Position numbers and translations under genes: made by a program. 64,000 nt of DNA from Mustelus asterias (lineage: Eukaryota): the NCBI RefSeq assembly GCF_964213995.1, contig NC_135804.1, positions 58,838,001-58,902,000 of the forward strand. The letters are read 5' to 3'. Shown in pieces: positions 12,291 to 26,535 of the stretch. The notes below the pieces were generated by a model. It was not told the DNA's origin. It did not search any database and saw only the letters and a program-made list of their open reading frames with translations. Each line of letters begins with the position of its first letter. Positions within the stretch are counted from its first letter, which is position 1.

Positions 12291-15200
12291 CTCTAAGGAG
12301 AACAACCATAGCTTCTCCGGTCTCTCCACCTAATCCCAGTCCCCAACTTTGGCAAATCTCCAACAAATCTGCGCCCTCTCTAAATCCCCGACATACTTCA
12401 GACTTGAACATAGTCCAACTCAGGCTGAACTGGTGGTTTATGAAGGTTTAGAATAGCTTCCTTACTGCATTCTGTGTCTCTGCTAAAGAAGTCCCGTATT
12501 CTCTCTGTTCTCAACAGCTTCCTCATTTGTTCCCGAAACCTTCAAATATCGCATATTCACCCCAGATCTTTACTTTCTTTGAAATCTCCTTTCTCTCTGC
12601 AGTCAGTAAAATGCGATTATCTCAGTTTCTCCTCATAGTTCTATATTTACGGAGGGTAGCAAAGGTGGCAGATCTTTAGTAAATATAAATGTAAGTGAGC
12701 TGACATCTCAGCTAATTAGAGAGGGGTTAGCCATACAATTACTTCTGTTATTTGGTAATAGTGAATGCAAATTCAATCTTGTCGTGAGGCATATGATAGC
12801 GAAATGGAATAGATAGTTTTCTATTTACTCCGGCCTGTTCTGAAGGAGGGAACTTGTGGCAGCATCTTGATTAGTGAAGAATAATTGTCCGCCTCAACTC
12901 TCCTCCCTTACTGAATCCAATATTTGCCCAACGCTTCGCCCCTATAGAGGAACCTGTTATCCCGTGGGGATTTACAAGGAACACCTAAAATAAAAAAAGA
13001 ATCATGATGGCCAACACTGGAACAGATCGAGAACGCCGATCCCAGGAATGTCACAGTTGTTTGTGATCTTTCTCGTGACTGCTCCTGAAATTTTCAAAGG
13101 GAAATGCCTCTAATAACTAACCCACTGCTGTCTCACAGCGCCAGGAACCCAGGTTCGATTTCAGCCTTGGGTGACTGTGTGGAGTTTGCACGTTCTCCCT
13201 CTGCGTGGGTTTCCTCCAGGTGCTCCAGTTTCCTCTCACAGTTCAAAGTTTAGGTGGACTGGCCCTTAGTGCCCCAAGTGTGTAATTTAGGGGGATTGTG
13301 TGGGGTTACAGAGATGGGAGGGGGGGTGTTTGATAAACTGCTCTGTCGGCGATTCGGTGCCGACTCGATGGGCAACATGGCCTTCTTCCGGACTGTAGGG
13401 ATTCTAAAAATGCTGCATGACATTTTCCATTAGAAGCGCTTGCAGTGGTGAGTAAACCATAAGAATATGTCACAGACCAATACTTTCTCATTGAACAGAA
13501 GATCAAGATTCATGAAAACAAAATTGATGAATGTTGGAAACATGAAATTTAATATCAAATGTTCGAAATGGAATAAAGAGGTCCCGGCTTCTGTAGAAAA
13601 AGTCAGAAGGCACAGAGAGGCTGATATACTTTTGAAGATTCAATCATATGGCCTTGTCCATGTAATGTGAAATTACATTGGAACAAGAGTCGCGCTCTTT
13701 AGCTCTGTGAGGAGGGCATTGAGTGGGAGAATCGGAGGAGGGAAGCGGTGAACGGGAGGGGGTGAGAGGGAAGCAGCTAATGGGAAGGTCAGGACAGCGA
13801 AACGGCGAGCGGGAAGTTTGGGAGAGGGGAGTGGCGAGTGGGAGTTTCAGCAAGTGGGAAGTTTAAGAGAGGTGGTGAGCAGATGGGTCGGGAAAGGCGA
13901 CAAGGGGAAGAGATGAGAGTGGTGGTGAGCGGAAGCTTCGAGAAAGCAGCAAGCATGAGAAAAGTTAACGGGGTCATTAAATTATGTGGAGTTAACAAGT
14001 TAGTTGGAGTATTTTTGTGCCAACTAGGTTTAAGGCAGCGCATAGAATCTTTCAATCAGCTGTGTATACGATGCCGAGTCTATTAGAGATGGCATTTGGA
14101 TTTAATTGATGATGGTAAACAAGCGTGTCAACCGTAGCTCATTGGTAGTACTTCGATTCCTGGCTTGGGTCACTGTCTGTGTGGAGTTTGCACGTTCTCC
14201 TTGTGTCTGCGTGGGTTTCCTCCGATGCTCCCGTTTCCTCCCACAGTCCAAAGATGTTCAGATTAGGTGCATTGGCCATGCTAAATCTCCCGCAGTGTAC
14301 TCAAACAGGCGCCGGAGTGTGGCGACTAGGGGATTTTCACAGTAACTTGATTGCAGTGTTAATGTAAGCCTACTTGTGACACTAATAAATAAACTTTAAC
14401 TTTAACACTTTCTCCATGTGCCAAAGGTGATGGGCTCTATTCCCACTCCAATAAGGTCAACACAAATTCTAGCAGCACTGATGAAGAATTGCGTGACAGA
14501 TGATGCTCTATTTTGGAAGAGACATTAGAACAAGACTCCATCATTCTCCAGCGGTGAATGTAAATAATCCCAACAGACAATTGGAGGAAGAGCAGATGAG
14601 TTCTCCTTCCATACAATATTTATCACTTGTCGCTTAAAGTAAATGGCCGGAATTTTTCGGCCCTTGCTCCTGCAAGCGAGGGATGAAAATTTGGCGCTCA
14701 GTCAAATGCCATTAACTGCAAGAGGACCAGAGAATCCCGCTGGCATGAACGGCCGGAAAATATCTCGTATTTATTTGTGTTGTTTGGGGGACTCTGCACA
14801 AATTGTTGTCTATTTCCAAAAACAGTGACTGCGTTTTGAAATGTACATCATTAGTTAAAACGCTCTGGGAAGTTTGTATAGCTTGTATACAAGGCTTGTA
14901 TAGACTTGCTTTCTTTTCTTGAATGCCAGTCGCACCCGCGGATTCCCTGGTCCGCTGCAGCAAACGAAGATTTGGCTCAGTGCCAAATTCTCCGTCGTAC
15001 CTTCCGCAGGGCGAGAACAGCCAGAAAATTATGATCATGCAGCCTCCGTATGTGATGCATATTTTTCCAATGGTCTTGATGTGCAAAACAAACTCCACCA
15101 ACTTAACTGGAGTTGTCATAAGTAAACGGTTGGGCATTTTGCTGCACTGTGAAGGATTAGATCAGATGTATCTATACTGCTAAAAAGGGATATGTTGTTG

Positions 15201-15609
15201 AAGCTTTTTCTCTTGTACTGTTCAGGTAAAAGGCAAGAATGTCATATTTCAAACCAACAGAAAAAGTTATGCCACAGGAGAAAAGAGGAGCTGATTGCTT
15301 GACAGGTCAACTCTGATTGGCCGAAATATTGCCATGAAGAAAGCAACTGGGAACTATAGGTGCTGCATGCTTCCAGGCAATTCAGAAAGATGCAGAGCAT
15401 GGTTGTTTTGTTTGCAGAGATCCGGCCCCTGAATTTGAATGGAGGTTATATGTAGCATGTGTAAAACAGCCATGTTACTAAATTGACCAATTACTTTATT
15501 TGGTTGTTGGTATAGTATAACACAGCCACAATTGTTCAACAAGTGCTGCTAAGTCACAAAATCACATCTCACAGTAGATGTTCGGTTTAGATTTTGCAAA
15601 CGTGGCCTG

Positions 15610-16545
15610 TAGACCATAAAGGCCATAGGATATAGGAGCAGAATTAGGTCATTCAGTCCATCAAGTCTGCTCTGCCATTTGATCATGGCTGATATGTTTC
15701 TCAACCCCATTCTCCCACCTTTTCCCCCAACCTTTGATCCCATTAACAATCAAGAACTTATCTATCTCTGTCTTAAATAAACTCAATGAGCTGGCCTCCA
15801 CAGCTTTCTGTGGCAATTAATTCCACAGATTCGCCATGCTCTGACTGAAGAAATTCCTCCTCATCTTGGTTCTAAAGGGTTGTCCCTTTATTCTGAGGCT
15901 GTGCCTTCGGATCCTAGTCTTTCTGACTAATGGAAACATCTTCTTCACGTCCATCCTATCCAGGCCTTTCAGTATTCTATAAGTTTCAATGAGATCCCCC
16001 TTCATCCTTCTAAACTTCATTGAGTACAGTCCCAGAGTCCACAAATGCTCCTCATACATCAAGCATTTCATTCCTGGGATCATCCTCATGAACCTCTTCT
16101 GGTCCATCTCCAAGGTCAACACATCCTTCCTTAGATACAGGGCCCAAAATTGCTCACGATATTCCAAATGTGGCCTGACCAGAGCCTTATAAAGCCTCAG
16201 CAGTGCATCCCTGCTTTTGTATTCCAGTCCTCTTGAAATGAATGCTAAAATTGCATTTGCCTTCCTAATTATCAACTCAACCTGCAAGTTAACCTTATGA
16301 GAATCCTGAACTAGGATTCCCAAGTCCCTTTGCGCTTCTGATTCCTGAATGCTTTCCCCATTTAGAAAATAGTCTATGCCTCTATTCTTTCTACCAAAGT
16401 GCATAACCTCACACTTTCCCACATTGTATTCCGTTTGCCATTTCTTTGTCTACTCTCCGAACCTGTCCAGGTCTTTCTGCAGCCTCTCTGTCTCCTCAAT
16501 ACTACCTGTATCTCCACCTACATTTGTATCATCTGCAAACTTTGC
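15610..16545 (-). mobile_element. CR1 LINE 3' fragment
   Basis: ORF 15817-16422 with KCEVMHFG, LYKALVRPHLEY, GDLIETY. Confidence 0.9.
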
Positions 16546-19500
16546 CGCAATGTTATTATCCATTACAGCTGAAAATAAAGCAGGCTGCACGCAAAGCTAT
16601 TTCTGGAATGTTCTCAGAAAACAGCGACATTTCTCTAAAATTAACTATATTTTAACATTGATGCTGATTTCAAGATTTTTGGTTTGCCTTTCAGTTTTCA
16701 GAATCAGCACGCCGGGGATCGCAGAACATATTTACAAATGTTTTGTTGAGAGATGTGAGGTTTCAAATTAATGTCTTAAATTATTCTTCATCTCAACTTT
16801 GAACGAGTAACACAGGCATTGTGCAACTTGCAGGTCCTAAAATGGGCGCAGCGTCTAACCACAAGTGTTTCCATTATACCATGAGCAGAATCGCTGTGCA
16901 GTTCTTGCAATTTCCCATTAGCTCTAGCTACCAGTGCACGTTGTGGTATATAATTAACTGATTGAAGAAATCAGCTATAAGAAGAGACATTGTATATAGA
17001 CAAGTTGCAAAGGTTCTCACTTGAGCAACAGCAATCGCGCATTACAACACAAATCTAAAATTGATGCCTTTGTAGTCATCATCAGAATTGAACAGATTAT
17101 AAACAGGAAGAACTTACAAAGGATAACAAATGGAAATAGGAGTTAAACTCACACATAAAGACCACCCACACAGTCGCACACATAGAACAAGTGGTATTTG
17201 TAATGTACCTTCGACGTAGTAAATTATCACAAGAACATTATCAAACACGTTTTAATACTGAGCAACGTTGGTGACTGGCAGACTTTAAAGGAAGACAGAG
17301 AGAAGCAGAGTTGTTTTGGGGATGGAATTCCTGACCTTAGGCCCTTTGCAGCTGGTATGACTGCCAATTTTGATTTTGATTTGATTTATTATTGTCACAT
17401 GTATTAACATACAGTGAAAAGTATTGTTTCTTGCACGCTATGCAGACAAAGCATACCGTTCATAGAAAAGGAAAGGACAGAGTGCAGAATGTAGTGTTAC
17501 AGTCATAGCTAGGGTGTAGAGAAAGATCAACTTAATGCAAGGTAAGTCCATTCAAAAGTCTGAAAGCAGCAGGGAAGAAGCCGTTCTTGAGTCACGTTGG
17601 TAAGTGACCTCAGACTTTTGTATTTTCTTCCCAATGGAAGAAGGTGGAAAAGAGAATGTCCGGGGTGTGTGTGGTCCTTAATTATGCTGGTTGCTTTTCC
17701 GAGGCAGCGGGAAGTGTAGACAGAGTCAATGGATGGTTTGCGTGATGGATTGGGCTACATTCATGACCTTTTGTACTTTCGTGTGGTCTTGGGCAGAGCA
17801 GGAGCCATACCAAGCTGTGATACAACAGAAAGAATGCTTTCTATGGTGCATCTGTAAAAGTTGGTGAGATTCGTAGCTGACATGCCAAATTTCCTTAGTC
17901 TTCTGAGAAAGTCGAGGTGTTGGTGGGCTTTCTTAACCATAGTGTCGGCATTAGGGGACCAGGACAGGTTGATAGTGATCTGGACACCAAAAACTTGAAG
18001 CTCTCGACCCTTTCTACTTCGTCCCCATTGATGTAGACAGGGGCATGTTCTTCTTTACGCTTCCTGAAGTCGATAACAATCTCCTTCATTTTGTTGACAT
18101 TGTCTGCCAATGGCAGTGATGAAAATTGGAGATGGAGCGGAGGCCACAAGTGAAGTAGACTCAAGCTCCTGGAGGTTTTTGAAAACTAGGATGGGAATTT
18201 TAAACTAAAGGTGCTGTAGGACCAGAAGGCAATGTTGACCAGCCAGTATGGAGTGATGAATTAACAGGACGTGGGATGGGTTATACACATGTACACAAAT
18301 TCATATAAGCACACGCAGTACACATTCACATATAAGCACATGCATGTGCAGAAACACAGGTACATAGACATTCACACACACTCATGAATAGTCATTTTGT
18401 ACTACAAAACTTTAGTATTGCTGATGATATAAGTTGAGATGTAATATTCTTTTGAATCTGTCCTGGTGAGTTAAAGACAAAAAGCTTGAACAGCATATTT
18501 CTTTTTTCAGCAATGCTCATGAATGGAAAGACTTGTAATTTTGGAGCAACTTTCATGATTTCAGGATGCCCCAAAACATTTTTCAGCCAATGAAGTGTAG
18601 TCACTGCTATAATTTTTTATTCATTTACAGCGTGTTTGCATCATTGGCCAGATCAGCATTTATTGCCCATTCCGAGTTGTCCTTCAGAAGATGGTGGTGA
18701 GCTGCCTTCTTGAACTGCAACAGTCACTGAGGTGTCGGTACACCACAGTGCTGTTAGAAAGGGAATTCCATGATTTTGACCCAGCGACAGTGGAACAGTG
18801 ATATATTTTGAAATCAGAATGGTGTATGACTAGGAATACATATGCAAGCTCATATACACACAGGTACACCAATATACATTTACACACACATATATAAACA
18901 TGTACATATATGTAAACATACACCCATATGTAGGCATACACGCAGACACACAGGCAGGGAAATTGTGAAACACTTAAATGGAAAACAAGGGATCAATCTC
19001 CTTCCTTACTCAAACAGCATGTTTATATTTCCACATTCCTCTGTATTATACACATTTTATCGACAATATTTTGCTTGTTCAGGTTTCCATCCCACCTCAG
19101 CGACCTTGGACAAGTTCACAAATGAAATTCTCTGTGCTGACGACCACACAACCTCTTCATTGCAAAGACTGTCTTCTATTACCTCTGTAACGCTATCTGT
19201 CGTCGTCTCAATCCTCCGAGCAGAAACAGTTAGCCATGCCGAGTTAAATTCCATTATGGAAATACAAATCTGGAGAGATATGAAATGGACTGTCCACCCA
19301 CTTGCACCACTATACACAGTGACAATTACACCAATGTATTCCTGGCTGACTTCTTCCACCCTGCTGACTTCCAGTTTGCATAAACTTTAGCTTATTCATA
19401 ACTCTGCTGCCAATATAATTTCTTGCACCAAGTCTTGTTCAACCTTTATTCTTATTCTGGCTGACCTACAATTGTTTCCCAAACCCTAGTGCTTCAAATG

Positions 19501-19924
19501 TAAAATTCTCATATTTAGTTAGATGTAGGCTTGACCTTGGTCTTCCCCACCTCAGGAACTCGCCCAGCCAATCACCCCCCCCATTATTCATTCCCTATCT
19601 GCGGAACGTAATGCATTACCTAACCCTTTACCTTCACTGCCCAGACTTTATTCTCTCTCTAAACCTGTTTCCTGCACTTCTTCTGTTCCACTAACATTGT
19701 CTTTATTTTCCAGGACATAGAATCCCTACAGTGCAAAAGGAGAATATTCAGTCCATCAAGTCTGCACCAACTCTTCGACAGAGCATCTCACTTAGGCCCT
19801 ATCCCCATAATCCCATGTTTTTACCCTGCTATTCCCGCTAACCCACACATCCTGGGACTCTGAGGGGCAATTTAACATGGCCAATCCACCTAACCTGTTA
19901 GAGCCACATCTTCGATCAAACTTA

Positions 19925-22900
19925 GTCACAGAGGTTCATAGCATGGAAACAAGCCCTTCAGGCCAACTTGTCCATGCCACACAGTTTTTACCACTAAGCT
20001 AGTCCCAATTGCCCGCATTTGGCCCATATCTCTCTTACCTATCTTACCCATGGAACTGTCTAAATGCTTTTTAAAAGACAAAATTGTATCTGCCTCTACC
20101 ATTACCTCTAGCAGCTCATTCCAGATGCTCACCACCCTCTGAGTGAAAAGATTTCCCCTCTGGACCCTTTTGTGTCTCTCCCCTCTCACCTTAAACCTAT
20201 GCCCTCTAGCTTTAGCTTCCCCTACATTTTGGAAAATATGTTGACTATCTACCTTATCTATGCCCCTCATTATTTTATAGACCTCTGTAAGATCACCCCT
20301 GAGCCCCCTGCGCTCTCGGGGTAAAAAGTCCCAGTCTATCCAACCTCTCCTTATAACTCAAACCATCAAGTCCCGGTAGCATCCTAGTAAATCTTTTCTG
20401 CACTCTTTCTAGTTTAATAATATCCTTTCTATAATAGGGTGACCAGAACTCTACACAGTTTCCAAGTGTGGCCTTACTAATGTCTTGTACAACTTCAACG
20501 AGATGTCGCAACTCCTGTATTTAATGTTCTGACCAATGAAACCAAGCATGCCGAATGCCTACATCACTACCCTGTCCACCTGTGACTCCACTTTCTAGGA
20601 GCTATGAACCTGTACTCCTAAATCTCTTTGTTCCATAACTTTCCCCAATGCCCTACCATTAACTGAGTAGGTCATGCCCCGATTTGATCTACCAAAATGC
20701 ATCAGCTCACATTTATCTAAATTAAGCTCCATCCTGCCATACATCGGCCCACTGGTGTAACTGATCAAGATCCTGTTGCAATCCTAGATAACCTTCTTCA
20801 CTGTCCTCTATGCCACCAATCCTAGTGTCATCTGCAAACTTACTTGGGCCTGTACTCGTTGGAATTTAGAAGGCTGAGGGAGATCTTATAGAGACATGTA
20901 AGATAATAAAGGGGCTAGACAGGGTAGAGGCAGAGAGATTCTTTCCACTTAGAAAGGAAACAAGAACTAGAGGACACAGCCTCAAAATAAGGGGGAGTCA
21001 GTTTAGAACAGAGTTGAGGAGGAACTTCTTCTCTCATAGGGTAGTGAATCTCTGGAATTCTCTGCCCATTGAAGCAGTGGAGGCTACCTCGTTAAATATG
21101 TTTAAGTCACAGGTAGATAGATTTCTGATCAATAAGGGAATTAAGGGTTATGGGGAGCGGGCGGGTAAGTGGAACTAAACCACTATCAGATCAGCCATGA
21201 TCTTATTGAATGGCGGGGCAGGCTCGAGGGGCTAGATGGCCTACTCCTGTTCCTATTTCTTATGTTCTTATGTTCTTATCCATGCCTCTTAAATTCTCAT
21301 CTAAATCATTAATATTAACGATACAGTGGACCCAGCACTGATCCCTGAGGCACACCACTGATCACAGGCCTCCAGTTTGAAAAACAACCCTCTACAGCCA
21401 TCCTCTGTCTTCTGTCATCAAGCTAATTTTGTATCCAATTGGCTACCTTACCCTGGATCCCATAAGACTTAACCTTATGCAACAACCTACCATGAGGTAC
21501 CTTGCCAAATTCCATGTAGGCAACATCAACTGCACTGTCCTCATCTACCTTCTTGGTTATCCCTTCAAAAAACTCAATCAAATTCACGAGACATGATTTT
21601 CCACTCACAAAGCCATGCTTGCTGTCTCTAATTAGTCCTTGCCTCTCTAAATGCCGGTAGATCCTATCCCTCAGAATACCTTTTAACAGCTTACCCATTA
21701 CAGTTGTTCGGCCAACCGATCTATGGCTCCCAGGCTTTTCCCTGCAACTCTTGTTAAACAAAGGCACAACATTTGCCACCTCCAATCTTCAGGCACCTCA
21801 CTCGTGGCTGTCGATGATTCAAATATCTCTGCTAGGGACCTGCAACTTCCTCCCTAACCTCCTCCCTGGGGTACATTTCATCAAGTCCCGGGGATTTATC
21901 TACCTTGATGTGCTTTAAGACTTCCAGCACCTCTTTCTCTGTAATATGTATACTCCTCAGGCCATCACTATTTATTTCCCCAAGTTTCGTAAAATCCATG
22001 CCTTTCTCAACAGTAAATACCGATGAGAAATATTAATTTAGGATCTCACCCATCTCTTGTGGATCCACACATAGATGATCTTTTTGATCCTTAAGAGGTC
22101 CTACTCTCTCCTTAGTTAGTCTTTTGCCCTTTGTGTATTTATTTAGAACCATAGAAAATTACAGCTCAGAAACAGGCCTTTTGGCCCTTCTTGTCTGTGC
22201 CGAACCATTTTATGCCTACTCCCACTGACCTGCACTTGGACCATATCCCTCCACACCCCTCTCATCCATGAACCCGTCCAAGTTTTTCTTAAATGTTAAA
22301 AGTGACCCCGCATTTACCACTTTATCCGGCAGCTCATTCCACACTCCCACCACTCTCTGCGTGAAGAAACCCCCCCTAATATTCCCTTTAAACTTTTCTC
22401 CTTTCACCCTTAACCCATGCCCTCTGGTTTTTTTCTCCCCTAGCCTCAGCGGAAAAAGCCTGCTTGCATTCACTCTATCTATACCCATCAAAATCTTATA
22501 CACCTCTATCAAATCTCCCCTCAATCTTCTACGCTCCAGGGAATAAAGTCCCAACCTATTCAATCTCTCTCTGTAACTCAGCTTCTCAAGTCCCGGCAAC
22601 ATCCTTGTGAACCTTTTCTGCACTCTTTCAATCTTATTTACATCCTTCCTGTAACTAGGTGACCACAACTGTACACAATACTCCAAACTCGGCCTCACCA
22701 ATGCCTTATATAACCTTACCATAACACTCCAACTTTTATACTCAATACTCCGATTTATAAAGGCCAATGTACCAAAGGCACTCTTTACGACCCTATCCAC
22801 CTGTGACGTCACTTTTAGGGAATTCTGTACCTGTATTCCCAGATCCCTCTGTTCAACTGCACTCTTCAGAGTCCTACCATTTACCCTGTATGTTCTTTTT

Positions 22901-23740
22901 TGGTTTGTCCTTCCAAAGTGCAATATCTCACACTTGTCTGTGTTAAATTCCATTTGCCATTTTTCAGCCCATTTTTCTAGTTGGTCCAAATTCCTCTGCA
23001 AGCTTTGAAAACCTTCCTCACTGTCCACTACACCTCCAATCTTTGTATCATCAACAAACTTGCTGATCCAATTTACCACATTATCATCCAGATCATTGAT
23101 ATAGATGACAAACAACAATGGACCCAACACCGATCCCTGCGGCACACCACTAGTCACAGGCCTCCACTCAGAATTTGTAGAAGCTCTTTGGATTCTCCTT
23201 TGCCTTATCTGCCAAAGCAATCTCATGTCCCCTTTTTGCCCTCCTGATTTCTCTCTTAATTCTACCCCTACACCCTCTATACTCTTCAAGGGATCCACTT
23301 GATCCCAGCTGCCTATGTATGTCATGTGCCTCCTTCTTCTTGTTGACTAGTGCCTCCATATCACAAGTCACCCACGTTTCCCTACTTCTACCAGCCTTGC
23401 CCTTCACTCTAAGAAAATGTGCTTACCCTGAACCCTGGTTAACACACTTTTGAAAGCCTCCCACTTACCAGCTATCCCTTTGCCTGCCAACAGACTCCTC
23501 CAATCAACTTTTGAAAGCTCCTGTCTAATGTCATGGAAATTGGCCTTGCTCCAATTTAGAATTTTAACTTTTAGGCCAGACCTATTATTCTCCTTAGCTA
23601 TCTTCAAACGAATATACTTAGTCCCAAAGTGATCCCTCATTAACACTTCTGTCACCAGCCTTTCCTTATTTCCCAAGAGGAGATCACGTTTTGCCCCCTC
23701 TCTAGCTTTCCTACCTTCTAATACGCCTTTGAGTGGGTGC
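19925..23740 (-). mobile_element. CR1 LINE with two nested younger CR1 insertions (~20846-21280 on +, ~22145-23170 on -)
   Basis: CR1 ORF2 pieces (19926, 20293, 21423, 23168, 23404); the nested copy has an uninterrupted RT C-terminus (GVPQGSVLGP ... GYGPSAGQWE). Confidence 0.9.
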
Positions 23741-24739
23741 ATTTTTCTTTTTGGTTAGGTCTTTTGGAAACTCTTTAGTACACATTTCTAATTCAAATGC
23801 ATACATATAAATATAAGAGATGTGATTTCCTCTACTTTTCCAGGTCTGGTGGTGTTGTGGTGATGTCACTGCACTCTCTATTGTGATCTTGGCTAATACT
23901 ATGGGGGTGGCATGGTGGCACAGTGGTTAGCGCTGCTGCCCCACAGCGCCAGGGACCTGGGTTCAATTCCAGCCTTGGATCACTGTCGGTGTGAAGTTTG
24001 CGCATTCCCCTGTGTCTGCGTGGCATTCCTCTGAGTGCTCCGGTTTCCTCCCACACTCCAAAGATGTGTGGGTTAGGTTGATTGGCCATGCTAAATTGCC
24101 CCTTAGTGTCAGGGGACTAGCAGAGTAAAGATGTGGGGTTAGGGGGATACGTAGGGTTGTTGTCAGTGCAGGCTCAATGGGCCAAATGGCCTCCTTCACC
24201 ACTCTACGGATTCTATGACAAAGTGTTCTGATTGGGAGGTTAACTTATTGTTTCACTTGACAGATGGTGATTTTCCCATTGAGCATTTCCAGTATGTTCT
24301 CTTTTATATTACATACAATTGCACTGAGTCTACAGCACAGATACAGACTATTCGGCCCAATTGATATATGCTGGCATTTATGCACCTCTCCCTCTCTTCA
24401 TTTATCCTCACCAACATATTTCCTTCTGCCTCATCTATGTTTCAAGCTTCCCTCTTAAATGTGTCTATACCATTCTCCTGAATGATCCCTATATCTAGTG
24501 TGTTCCATATTCTTACCACCTACTATGTATAGAAGCTTCTCATGAATTCTCGATTGGATATATTTATGCCTGTTGTATGTTTCTATCCTCAGGTTTCGGA
24601 TTCCCTCACAAGTGGACTCATTTTCTCTGCATCAAACCTATTAACGCCGTTCATAATTTCAATGGCCTCGATCGGGTCTCCCTTCAGCTTCCACTTTTTC
24701 ACTCATTTGCAATGATTCGAGCGTTAGCCATTATTCACT

Positions 24740-25065
24740 TAGTAACAGTTACTCCTGCCTGAAAAGTTGTGCTTTCAAGCCGTACCCCGGGACCTGGCCA
24801 TAGATTGACATTCCAGTGCAGTGCTGAGAGAGTGCTGCATTGTCCGAGGTGCTGTCTCCACGATGCGACGTTAAACCTAGGCCCCATCTGCCTTCGTGGG
24901 TGCCCGTTAAAGATGTCATGCCACTAGTTTGGAGAAGAGCAGAAGAGTTATCCCCAGTGTCCTGATCAACTTCATCACTCAATCAACATCACAAAAAAAT
25001 AAGGTTTTGGGGCGTTTGTTGTGCACACGTTTCCTTATCACGGCAGTGGCCACACTTCAGAAGTT
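24740..25065 (+). mobile_element. Deu-domain SINE-like (SacSINE/AmnSINE-related) remnant; weaker copy ~14410-14630
   Basis: CCAGTGCAGTGCTGAGAGAGTGCTGCATTGTC...GACGTTAAACC...GAAGAGCAG..GAGTT resembles the Deu-SINE core, recalled from memory only. Confidence 0.5.
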
Positions 25066-25194
25066 GTCTGCAAACGGCTATGGCAAATTCGGTTTTAAAA
25101 ATTACGAATCATTCCCAGTCATCGAGATCGTTGGTACTTTACTCGTTAATAACTGAAGAAAAATATCTAGCAGCTCTTTCTAGCGAAATCTTAC

Positions 25195-25667
25195 ATACAT
25201 TAACAAAACAGTTCTTTTCCCCAAGAACAGGGAGCATCCTCCAAATATCTTCAACACTGCTAACCCAGAATGATGTGGAGATCAGAATGATGTGGAGATG
25301 CCGGCGTTGGACTGGGGTAAGCACAGTAAGAAGTCTCACAACACCAGGTTAAAGTCCAACAGGTTTATTTGGTAGCAAATACCATAAGCTTTCGGAGCAC
25401 AGCTCCTTCGTCAGATGGAGTGGATATCTGTTCTCAAACAGTGCAAACAGACACAGAAATCAAATGACAGAATACTGATTAGAATGCAAATCTCTACAGC
25501 CAGCCAGGTCTTAAATGTACAGACAATGTGGGTGGAGGGAGCACCCACATTGCTTATGGTATTTGCTACCAAATAAACCTGTTGGATTTTAACCTGGTGT
25601 TGTGAGACTTCTTACTGAGATCAGAATGACCAGAGGAGGTCGCTGTTTCCCGCAAATTGTTGCTGGG
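25195..25667 (-). pseudogene. Possible decayed TM exon of the paralogue, split by a Penelope-derived insertion
   Basis: Acceptor-like TTACTCCAG|. After removing the insertion, the pieces PPLVILG / LAVLKIFGGCSLFLGKR need one frameshift; donor-like GTATGT/GTAAG follows. Confidence 0.35.
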
Positions 25668-26299
25668 CTGGAGTAATAATTGTCGGAATTATGCACCAGC
25701 TATAGCTCCGGAATATCTCATTACTCTCAATGTGTAAATTGTGGTCCAAATGTTCACCTTCAAAGAACATTCATTTTCATCTCCTATCTATTAATGTGAA
25801 TTTGCACGCCTAATGTAAAGGTTTGAATTGCAAAGCGATGTGCGCGCAGATGATAAACGTGTGTCTTGCCTTTGGCACTGTCACAGCTTGAAATACTGCC
25901 CAAGGATGACTATCAGCACCATTATTACCAATGGACTCACTCAACACCGAGCGCCACTAGAGGACAACGACATTGGGAGCGCCTGCAAACCAAGAACAGC
26001 AGAGATACAAGGCCGTTAATATCATTACATCCAACGAGAATACCAGGAATACACTGGATCAGAACTCATCAGTGTAGTGACCATTTAATACAAATACAGA
26101 TCTTTAAAAAATCAAATTACTGCCAACTGAAACAGTTCACATTCGGACTAATGCTTCGTCAATGTAATAAAAGAATACAACAACTTCAAATGCTAACATG
26201 GTTCTCAAAAAAAGTCACTGGATTATGAAACAGGACAAACGAACAAGAGTTTCCGAAAAAGAAGTGAACATTTGTAATTTACAAATTCGGGTCTGAACA

Positions 26300-26535
26300 G
26301 AAAGAGGAGCCGCTTCTGCGGGTTAATGCCGTATCTTTTTAAGGTGCATACATTCCGACCGTCCTTCACTACTTAGTAGTATTGACCCCAGGTCCAATTT
26401 TCATGCTGTTCTTATACTCGAGTCACATGTAGATCTCCAGGGTAAAACTAGGCTGTTTTTCCAGGAAAGTCACTGAGGAGGATGGACAGAATTTACACTC
26501 GATCGAGCCGATCCTCGGATGAATGGGGCGAATTT
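26300..26535 (-). pseudogene. Decayed C1 exon of the paralogous receptor
   Basis: Pieces FYPGDLHVT / YKNSMKIGPGVNTTK**RTVGMYA match FYPEDLKISWQRDGVEILAGIETVRNETVDGLF; correct order and strand downstream of the pseudo-V. Confidence 0.68.

Noticed and set aside
12900-12985. Acceptor-like TTATTTTAG|GTGTTCC on the minus strand, a possible short tail exon of the pseudogene
   Set aside because: Only a few bases resemble exon 5; no other support.
18842-19390. Overlapping 182-aa (+) and 100-aa (-) ORFs
   Set aside because: The + ORF begins in CA-rich low-complexity DNA; no recognisable domain or partner exons on either strand.
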